Shown piece by piece: positions 9,706 through 16,512 of a stretch of 31,341 nucleotides of DNA. Under the pieces are notes generated by a model. It was not told the origin of the DNA. It saw only the letters and a program-made list of their open reading frames with translations, and did not search any database. Origin of the DNA: Isosphaeraceae bacterium (GTDB lineage: Bacteria > Planctomycetota > Planctomycetia > Isosphaerales > Isosphaeraceae). The translations under genes were made by a program, and so were the position numbers. Location of the stretch: assembly GCA_965201075.1 (NCBI GenBank), contig CBDAVP010000004.1:248001-279341 (forward strand), read 5' to 3'. Numbering within the stretch: the first letter of the stretch is position 1; every line of letters begins with the position of its first letter.

Positions 9706-10360
9706 CCATTGAGGCAAAAGGGGACTGGCTCCGGCGGTACTCCGTCCGGTGCCTGTCCCACTTTTGCCGGACTCGGCCAGGACAGGCGACCGAATCCCGA
9801 GCCATTGAGGCAAAAGGGGACTGGCTCCGGCGGTACTCCGTCCGGTGCCTGTCCCTCTTTTGCCGGGCTCGGCCAGGACAGGCGACCGAATCCCGAGCCA
9901 TTGAGGCAAAAGGGGACTGGCTCCGGCGGTACTCCGTCCGGTGCCTGTCCCTCTTTTGCCGGGCTCGGCCAGGACAGGCGACCGAATCCCGAGCCATTGA
10001 GGCAAAAGGGGACTGGCTCCGGGGTACTCCGTCCGGTGCCTGTCCCTCTTTTGCCGGGCTCGGTCAGGACAGGCGACTGAATCCTGAGCCATTGAGGCAA
10101 AAGGGGACTGGCTCCGGCGGTACTCCGTCCGGTGCCTGTCCCTCTTTTGCCGGACTCGGCCAGGTCAGGCGACCGACTCCCGAGCCATTGAGGCAAAAGG
10201 GGACTGGCTCCGGCGGTACTCCGTCCGGTGCCTGTCCCTCTTTTGCCGGACTCGGCCAGGTCAGGCGACCGAATCCCGAGCCATTGAGGCAAAAGGGGAC
10301 TGGCTCCGGCGGTACTCCATCCGGTGCCTGTCCCTCTTTTGCCGGACTTGGCCAGGTCAG
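9706..10360. repeat. Tandem array of 7 palindromic 96-bp units (6 full + 1 partial), REP/BIME-like
   Basis: Units start with CCATTGAGGCAAAAGGGGACTGG at 9706, 9802, 9898, 9994, 10089, 10185 and 10281. Period is 96 bp; unit 4 is 95 bp. Each unit contains the imperfect inverted repeat GGCAAAAG...CTTTTGCC. Confidence 0.97.
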
Positions 10361-10454
10361 ACGCCTCCTGAGCCCGGGATCTCGCGATTGGCAACCTTGA
10401 ACGGTCCCCGCGGGGTTTCTCAAACCCATCGAGTGGGGAAGAACTCCCCCGGCC

Positions 10455-11525
10455 TCAGCGAGACCCCTTCCCCTTGACCACCGGGGACTGGAACCCCTTG
10501 AGTTCGTCGTCCTCCAGCGGGCGGACAACGCGGAAACCGACCCAGTGGGCGTCGGTGTGCCACCAGATGCTCTGGGGGCGCTGGGGGTCCTGCATGCTCC
10601 ACTCCTTGTCCGAAGCCTTCCGCGCAGCGCTACGGAGGCCCTCGGCGTCGTCGTCATAGGAGCCGCCCCGGGCCACGTGAGGATACTGACTGATCGTCGG
10701 CATCACGACGGCGAAGGCGGTGGGCTTGTCGGTCGGGAAGCGGCTGTAGGCGTCGGGGGCGTAGGCGTCGAAGCACCACTCGCCGACGTTGCCATACATG
10801 TCGTGGAGGCCCCAGGGGTTGGGCTTTTTCTTGGCGACCTGCTCGGGATGCTCGGCGTTGTTGACTTGCCAGGCATAGTCATCCAGCTTGTCGGCGTTGG
10901 CGCCGAAGGAGTAGGCGGTGGTGGTGCCAGCCCGGCAGGCGTACTCCCACTCGGCCTCGGTGGGCAGGCGGTAGTATTTGCCGGTCTTGGCCGAAAGCCA
11001 GCGGCAGTATTCCATCGCCGCGTGGTGGGTCATGCAGATAGCCGGCATGTTCTTGTGGCCGTAGCCGAAGGTCATGTCGGCATAGGGGGGGGTGGGCTTG
11101 GTGACGGCGTCGGCCGACGCCTTGGTCTCGGAGTTCTCGGGAACGGCCCCATCGGGGATAGGTTGCTTGGCCAGGCGCTCGGCGAAGCCGTACTGGTCGT
11201 ACTCGTCCCAGGTCACCTCGGTGCGGCCCATCCAGAACGGGGCGATCTTGACGCGGTGCTGCGGACCCTCGTCCTCGCCGCGCTTGGGCTCGTCCTCGGG
11301 GCTGCCCATCTCGAAGGTGCCGCCGGGGATCGGCAGCATCTGGAAGGTGACCGTGGATTTGGGGATCGCCTCGACATAGGGCTTCATCGCCGCGGCGGCC
11401 CCGGAAGGCTCCTGGGCATGGACGGCGGCGGGATGCATGGCGAGGAGGCCGGCCAGGCCGAGGCTCGGGATCAGGCTCAGGGCCGCGGTCGGGGCAAGGC
11501 GCCGGGGGTGCAGGGGCTGTCGCAC
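10455..11525 (-). CDS. FGE-sulfatase/SUMF1-fold secreted protein, paralogue 1 (no catalytic Cys)
   Basis: Motifs PGGTFEMGS, TEVTWDEY, RLPTEAEWEYACRAG, PNPWGLHDMYGNVGEW, RGGS, GFRVVR. GTG start preceded by GGAG in a context conserved across all three paralogues. Signal peptide ends in VHA-QE. Confidence 0.9.
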   Translation of the reverse strand: MRQPLHPRRLAPTAALSLIPSLGLAGLLAMHPAAVHAQEPSGAAAAMKPYVEAIPKSTVTFQMLPIPGGTFEMGSPEDEPKRGEDEGPQHRVKIAPFWMGRTEVTWDEYDQYGFAERLAKQPIPDGAVPENSETKASADAVTKPTPPYADMTFGYGHKNMPAICMTHHAAMEYCRWLSAKTGKYYRLPTEAEWEYACRAGTTTAYSFGANADKLDDYAWQVNNAEHPEQVAKKKPNPWGLHDMYGNVGEWCFDAYAPDAYSRFPTDKPTAFAVVMPTISQYPHVARGGSYDDDAEGLRSAARKASDKEWSMQDPQRPQSIWWHTDAHWVGFRVVRPLEDDELKGFQSPVVKGKGSR

Positions 11526-11637
11526 TGGGGGTAGGCTCCGCGGGAGGAGGGCCCGGCCTTGCGCCGGGCGGAAGGAGTGGGCACCGATCCGATCCAGTCG
11601 TCGGCAAGGCATCGGGACCAGCCGCCGGGGAGGGGCC

Positions 11638-11729
11638 AGCCCGTTTCGAGGCTCACGAACCCACGATTTCCATGGGCAACGCGTTCCCCATCCATCTTTT
11701 ATACCGACCCGACGGACCTTCGACCAGGC
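11638..11729 (+). pseudogene. Decayed copy of the apbE 5' end
   Basis: AGCCCGTTTCGAGGCTCACGAACCCAC..ATGGGCAACGCGTTCCCCATCCATCTTTTATACCGACCCGACG aligns by eye with apbE ~16594-16660 (AGCCGGTTCGAGGCGCGTGAAACCCACATGGGCACTGCCTTCTCCATCCTCTTATACGGCCCCGACG), with indels. Confidence 0.7.
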
Positions 11730-11743
11730 TCGCCGATCCCGTG

Positions 11744-11908
11744 GGCAGGGCCGTTGATGTCTCCATTGGCCTTGCTATCGGCGACTGGCTCCGGCGGTAC
11801 TCCGCCGGAGCCAGTCCCCCATTCCGGGGCCCAGTGGGCGGCGTGGGAGGGACATCCGTCGGCGAAAGGCCCCTTTGGTCTACTCAAAGTGAGAACGAAA
11901 TGGCCCTG
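11744..11908. repeat. Dispersed ~165-bp element, copy A (same hairpin family as the 96-bp array)
   Basis: Direct repeat of 12551-12721 (GGCAGGGCCG...CTCCATTGGCCTTGC...GACTGGCTCCGGCGGTACTCCG...AAAGTGAGAACGAAATGGCCCTG). Confidence 0.92.
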
Positions 11909-12030
11909 ATCGCCTGGGGCGTGGTTCCCGTGTCTGGAGACCCGGATGGTTTCCTGGGTGGCAGCGAGCCCCTCAACAGGCCAAAGGCCACGATCGAGCC
12001 GACGAGTGTCACGGTTAGGGGATCGATGCC

Positions 12031-12456
12031 CTACCCGATCTCGAAAAGTCGGTGGATCAGGACGACCCCGTCGGACGCGGCGATCATGACGGCTAGGGGG
12101 GAGTATCCGCCGCCCCACAGCCCACGCATCATCCCCAGGGTCAAACCCAGCGCCACCAACGCGGACATCAACTTTCGGAGGGTCAGCCCCGACCTCGTCC
12201 CGCCGGCCTCGACGGCGGTCAATCGCGGAGGGAAACAACCGATCAAAATCAGCCCGAAACCCACGACGATCCCATAGAGATAGCCGGGGACGAAGACCTT
12301 CCAATCGAGTCCGGTGTCGAGCGGAATGTGGATCGTCAGGATACCGATCCAGACCGCCAGTACGAGATACAGGATTGGGATCGCGCAAACCCCCATCGTG
12401 ATCGCGGCCGAGACGGCGAAGACGGTCGCAAGACGCCAGGCCGAGAATCGTCGCAT
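12031..12456 (-). CDS. Hypothetical membrane protein (141 aa, about 4 TM)
   Basis: MRRFSAWRLATVFAVSAAITMGVCAIPILYLVLAVWIGIL..., strongly hydrophobic. Lies between the two 165-bp repeats. Alternative ATG at 12480. Confidence 0.6.
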   Translation of the reverse strand: MRRFSAWRLATVFAVSAAITMGVCAIPILYLVLAVWIGILTIHIPLDTGLDWKVFVPGYLYGIVVGFGLILIGCFPPRLTAVEAGGTRSGLTLRKLMSALVALGLTLGMMRGLWGGGYSPLAVMIAASDGVVLIHRLFEIG

Positions 12457-12550
12457 CGCCGCCCCCTGGCGTCGTCGCATGATCCGGATCAAAAGCTCAC
12501 CCAAATGGTACGGGACGGAATTTCTCCAGGGGAGTTCATGGCCGTTGCCA

Positions 12551-12721
12551 GGCAGGGCCGTGGATTTCTCCATTGGCCTTGCAATCGGGGACTGGCTCCG
12601 GCGGTACTCCGCCGGTGCCTGTTCCCCCATTCCGGGGCCCGGTGGGCGGCGTGGCAGGGACATCAGTCGGCGAAAGCGGGACACCCTTTGGTCCACCCAA
12701 AGTGAGAACGAAATGGCCCTG
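12551..12721. repeat. Dispersed ~170-bp element, copy B
   Basis: Direct repeat of 11744-11908. Hairpin core at 12587-12627. Confidence 0.92.
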
Positions 12722-12904
12722 CCCTCCCCGGCCCATTCCCTCGGGCGTCTGGCAAACCAATCCCGGCCCCACTGCGGCCAAATCGAAAAATTCCCAAAGA
12801 TTCCGCGTACGATCGCGACACCGCTCACGATAGTGAACCACGAGGGGACCGCGCACCCAGCGCACCCACACCAAAGCCCAGCACCAAACGAGCGAGCCAA
12901 ACCC

Positions 12905-13915
12905 ATGTCCCAACCCCAAGAAACCACCGACGAAACCCCAACCGCCCCCCGGCCCCTGCTCAACGGCCTGACCATCGTCCCGCCCGAAGACGAGGCCGAC
13001 GCCCTCAACGACCGCATCGACCACTGGACCTCCTCTCTCAAGCCGTTCGACCTGTATGAAACCTGGCTCGTCCACGAGGTCGCCCGCAACACTCTGGCCA
13101 TCGACCGCCTCCACCAGCGCGAAATCGTCCTGCGCCACGACCACGCCCAACGAACCTCCCTCGCCTTCGACCAGTACCAGCGCGACCACGCCGAACAACT
13201 CGCCGCCGGCCTCGCCCGGCACCCCGCCCGCGCCCTGTTCGCCCTCCGCAGGTTCGCCGAGGGCTGCCGCCTGATCGCCCGTCGCTGGGAAATGCTCCTC
13301 GCCACCCTCATCAAGCGGGGCAACTGGAACGCCTCCCAGCGCCTCCAGGCCATGAACCTCCTCAACGTCCCGCCCGACCTCCGAGACGCCGTCACCCCGC
13401 TCGACTCCCCCGACGACACCGACCCCGACACCCTCCTCGAACACCTCCGAAGCCTCGCCAAGACCGAAATCGACCGCCACAACGACCTCGCCGTCCTCCT
13501 CCAACCCCTCGACGACCGCATGAGGCGGGCCATCGCCCTGGGCCTGGGCCCCGACACCCCCGAGCTCGCCGCCCTGCGCAAGGAACAGCGACACGCCGAA
13601 CGCCGGCTCGCCTGGACCCGCTCCCAGTTCAAGACCTCGCGTCCCGACGCCCGCCCGATCGACCGAGGCGACCTGCCCGCCTACATCCCGGGCGAATACG
13701 ACAGCAGCAGCCCCCCGCGCCAGGTCAACCCGCCGCCGGGCACCCGTCAGCCCCCGATGCGTCCCACCCCAGGCCCCGCCGCCACGGCCTCATGGTCAAC
13801 ACCCCGGCCCGAGCCAACCGGCCCGGCGTCGATCGACCCGCCAACCCCCCAACCCAGAACCCAACCACTCACGGCGTCGCCGCCCAATTCCAAACACCGT
13901 CGGCGGCGAGCCTGA
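12905..13915 (+). CDS. Hypothetical helical protein with Pro-rich tail (336 aa)
   Basis: ATG at 12905 (MSQPQETT). Strong C-ending codon bias indicates the coding frame. Core VPPEDEADALNDRIDHWTSSLKPFDLYETWLVHEVAR...EGCRLIARRWEML. Confidence 0.75.
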   Translation: MSQPQETTDETPTAPRPLLNGLTIVPPEDEADALNDRIDHWTSSLKPFDLYETWLVHEVARNTLAIDRLHQREIVLRHDHAQRTSLAFDQYQRDHAEQLAAGLARHPARALFALRRFAEGCRLIARRWEMLLATLIKRGNWNASQRLQAMNLLNVPPDLRDAVTPLDSPDDTDPDTLLEHLRSLAKTEIDRHNDLAVLLQPLDDRMRRAIALGLGPDTPELAALRKEQRHAERRLAWTRSQFKTSRPDARPIDRGDLPAYIPGEYDSSSPPRQVNPPPGTRQPPMRPTPGPAATASWSTPRPEPTGPASIDPPTPQPRTQPLTASPPNSKHRRRRA

Positions 13916-14077
13916 CCCAATCACGAAAACGGCTCTTTGACAATTCGCCAAAACTCCGGGCCAAACAAACGCCCCGGGCCCCCACTCGCCTCAACAGCGA
14001 GCCTGGGGACCCCACGGGCCGCCCCCAAGGCGAGGTCTCGCCGACGAAGCCCCAGCCAACCGACGCCGGCCAGACGA

Positions 14078-15130
14078 TCACCTCGGCCGGACAGCCTTGA
14101 CCACCGGCGACCGGAAATCCTTCAGGTCTTCCTGCGGCTCCAACGGGCGGACGATTCGAAAGCCGACCCATTGGGAGTCACAGTCCCACCAGATGCTCTG
14201 CGGGCGACCAGGGTCGGACACTCGCCATGCCTCGTTCGAGGCCCTCCGGACCGCGCTGCGGAGGCCGGCGGCTTCTTCATCCCAGGACCCGCCGCGGACG
14301 ACATGCGGGTACTCCTGGGGCGTCGGCAGGATGACCGGCCCGAGGCTCGGCTTGTCCACCGGGAACTTCTCATAGGCGTCGGCCACGTAGGCGTCGAAAC
14401 ACCACTCGCCGACGTTGCCGTGCATGTCGTACAGCCCCCACGGGTTGGGCTTCTTCCCGGCAACCGGCATGGGTTTCTCGCAATTACCAATCGACCAGGC
14501 GTATTCGTCCAGTTTGCCGGCGTCGTCGCCGAAGGAGTAGGCCGTGGTCGTGCCGGACCGGCAGACGTACTCCCACTCGGCCTCGGTCGGCAGGCGATAA
14601 GTCTTGCTCGTCTTGGCCGAGAGCCACCGGCAGTACTCCATCGCCGCGTGGTGGGTCATGGAGATAGCCGGCTGATTGCCGTGACCGTACCCGAACGTTG
14701 GGTCGACATAGGGGCCCGTGGGCTTGGTGACGGCGTCGGCCAGAGCCTTGGTCTCGGGATCCTGCGGGGCCGCGCCTTTGGGGATGGGTTGCCTGGCCAG
14801 GCGACCGCTGTAGATATACTGGTCGAACTCGTCCCAGGTGACCTCGGTGCGGCCCATCCAGAACGGCCCTATCGTCACCGGATGACGCGGCCCCTCATCG
14901 GCCGAACGCTTGGGCTCGTCCTCGGGGCTGCCCATCTCGAAGGTGCCGCCAGGGATGGGAATCATCTGGAAGGTGACCGTGGAGTTGGGGATCGGCTCGA
15001 CATACGGCTTCATCTCGGCGACCGCCCCGGCCGGCTCCTGGGCTCGGAGGATCGCGGGATGCAGGGCAAGAAGGCTGGCCAGGGTCAGGGCCGCGCTTCG
15101 GGCAGGACGCCGGTGCAGGGGCGGTCGCAC
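14078..15130 (-). CDS. FGE-sulfatase/SUMF1-fold secreted protein, paralogue 2
   Basis: Same motifs as paralogue 1. Start context GGAGGCTACCAAAAC-GTG. Signal peptide ends in LRA-QE. Confidence 0.9.
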   Translation of the reverse strand: MRPPLHRRPARSAALTLASLLALHPAILRAQEPAGAVAEMKPYVEPIPNSTVTFQMIPIPGGTFEMGSPEDEPKRSADEGPRHPVTIGPFWMGRTEVTWDEFDQYIYSGRLARQPIPKGAAPQDPETKALADAVTKPTGPYVDPTFGYGHGNQPAISMTHHAAMEYCRWLSAKTSKTYRLPTEAEWEYVCRSGTTTAYSFGDDAGKLDEYAWSIGNCEKPMPVAGKKPNPWGLYDMHGNVGEWCFDAYVADAYEKFPVDKPSLGPVILPTPQEYPHVVRGGSWDEEAAGLRSAVRRASNEAWRVSDPGRPQSIWWDCDSQWVGFRIVRPLEPQEDLKDFRSPVVKAVRPR

Positions 15131-15170
15131 GTTTTGGTAGCCTCCAGGAGGGACGAAACCGAGCACCAGT

Positions 15171-15200
15171 GCCGGGCCGGGCCGGGCCGGGCCGGGCCGG
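15171..15200. repeat. (GCCGG)6 simple sequence repeat
   Basis: Six perfect pentamer copies 41-70 bp upstream of the paralogue 2 start. Absent at the homologous position upstream of paralogue 3. Confidence 0.95.
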
Positions 15201-15221
15201 GAGATTGGACACTGATCCACG

Positions 15222-15380
15222 GCGAGGAACCGGGTCCGACGGTCGGCGGCATGGTCCGGGCCGGCCTGACCGCCCCGCGGCTCGCGACCGAGCCGGCATC
15301 GAGGCACGAGAGGCCCACATGGGCAGTGCGTTTGTCATCCATTGATACTGACCCGTCGAGGCTTCGGCCAGGAGTGCCGT
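15222..15380 (+). pseudogene. Decayed copy of the apbE 5' end (start codon lost)
   Basis: GCGAGGAACCGGGTCCGAC matches apbE ATGAGGAACCTGGTCCGAC. GAGGCACGAGAGGCCCACATGGGCAGTGCGTTTGTCATCCATTGATACTGACCCG matches GAGGCGCGTGAAACCCACATGGGCACTGCCTTCTCCATCCTCTTATACGGCCCCG. The copy ends against the stop codon of paralogue 3. Confidence 0.82.
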
Positions 15381-16451
15381 TCACTTGGCCGCCGGCCTTG
15401 GCGATGACCTCGACAGTTTGCCCTTGACCACGGGCGACTTGAAGCCCTTCAGGTCTTCCTGCGGCTCCAACGGGCGGACGACCCGGAAGCCGACCCAGTG
15501 GGCGTCGAAATCCCACCAGATGCTCGGGGGGCGGCTAGGTTCCGACTTGCGCCATTCCTCGTTCGAGGCCCTCCGCGCGGCGCAACGCAGGTTGGCGGCA
15601 TCTTCATCGTAGGAGCCGCCGCGGACGACGTGCGGATACTCCCTGGGCGTGGGCATGATGACCGGCCCGAGGCTCGGCCTATCGACCGGGAACTTGACGT
15701 AGGCATCGGTCAGGTAAGCGTCAAAGCACCACTCGCCGACGTTGCCGTGCATGTCGTACAGACCCCAAGGGTTGGGCTTCTTCCGGGCCACTTGCTGAGG
15801 CTTCTCCGAGTTATTCACCGACCAGGCGTACTCGTCCAACTTGGAAGGGTCGTCGCCGAAGGAATACGCGGTGGTGGTGGCGGCCCGACAGGCGTATTCC
15901 CATTCGGCCTCCGTCGGAAGTCGGTAGATCCTGCCCGTCTTGGCCGAGAGCCACCGGCAATATTCCATCGCCGCGTGGTGAGACATGATGATGGCCGGCT
16001 GGTTGTCGTGGCCATAGCCGTATGTCGGATCGTGATAAGTCGGACTGGGCTTGGTGACGGCGTCGGCGCGAGCCTTGGTCTCGGCGTCCTGCGGCGCCGC
16101 GCCCTTGGGAATGGGCATTTTGGCCAGCCGTTCGCTGAGGGCGTACTGGTCGAACTCGTCCCAGGTCACCTCGGTGCGGCCCATCCAGAAGGCGCCCACG
16201 GTGACGGGGTGGCGTGGCCCTTCGTCGGCCGAACGCTTGGGTTCGCCTTCGAGGCTGCCCATCTCGAAGGTGCCGCCGGGGATCGGCAACATCTGGAAGG
16301 TGACCGTCGAGTTGGGGATCGGCTCGACGTAGGGCGTCATCTCGGCGGCGGCCCCGGAGGGCTCTTCAGCGCGAGGGGCGGCCGGGGTCAGGGCGATGAG
16401 GCCGGCCAGGACCGCGACCTGGCCGAGACTCCAGTGCAGGGGCGGTCGCAC
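15381..16451 (-). CDS. FGE-sulfatase/SUMF1-fold secreted protein, paralogue 3
   Basis: Same motifs. Start context GGAGCCTACCACAC-GTG. Signal peptide ends in PRA-EE. Divergent from apbE across 61 bp. Confidence 0.9.
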   Translation of the reverse strand: MRPPLHWSLGQVAVLAGLIALTPAAPRAEEPSGAAAEMTPYVEPIPNSTVTFQMLPIPGGTFEMGSLEGEPKRSADEGPRHPVTVGAFWMGRTEVTWDEFDQYALSERLAKMPIPKGAAPQDAETKARADAVTKPSPTYHDPTYGYGHDNQPAIIMSHHAAMEYCRWLSAKTGRIYRLPTEAEWEYACRAATTTAYSFGDDPSKLDEYAWSVNNSEKPQQVARKKPNPWGLYDMHGNVGEWCFDAYLTDAYVKFPVDRPSLGPVIMPTPREYPHVVRGGSYDEDAANLRCAARRASNEEWRKSEPSRPPSIWWDFDAHWVGFRVVRPLEPQEDLKGFKSPVVKGKLSRSSPRPAAK

Positions 16452-16512
16452 GTGTGGTAGGCTCCGAGGGAGGGGCGAGGCCGAGTCAGTTGTGGGGAGG
16501 AGGCATCGACCG

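Noticed and set aside
9706..10360. CRISPR array (palindromic repeat + ~40-bp spacer)
   Set aside because: The 'spacers' are near-identical to each other, the repeat is 56 bp, and there are no cas genes in the window.
9540..10657. Repeat-protein ORFs across the array (9540..10400 +, 9663..10394 -, etc.)
   Set aside because: Frames are open on both strands only because the GC-rich unit is 96 bp. A 1-bp deletion in unit 4 switches frame, and there is no convincing RBS or recognisable domain.
12457..13632. 533-aa minus-strand ORF
   Set aside because: It is antisense to the C-rich + strand gene and runs through a repeat. Only the last 141 aa look like a real membrane protein.
10455..16451. Diversity-generating retroelement acting on FGE-fold targets
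   Set aside because: No reverse transcriptase or non-coding template repeat was found. The copies are full-length genes differing throughout.
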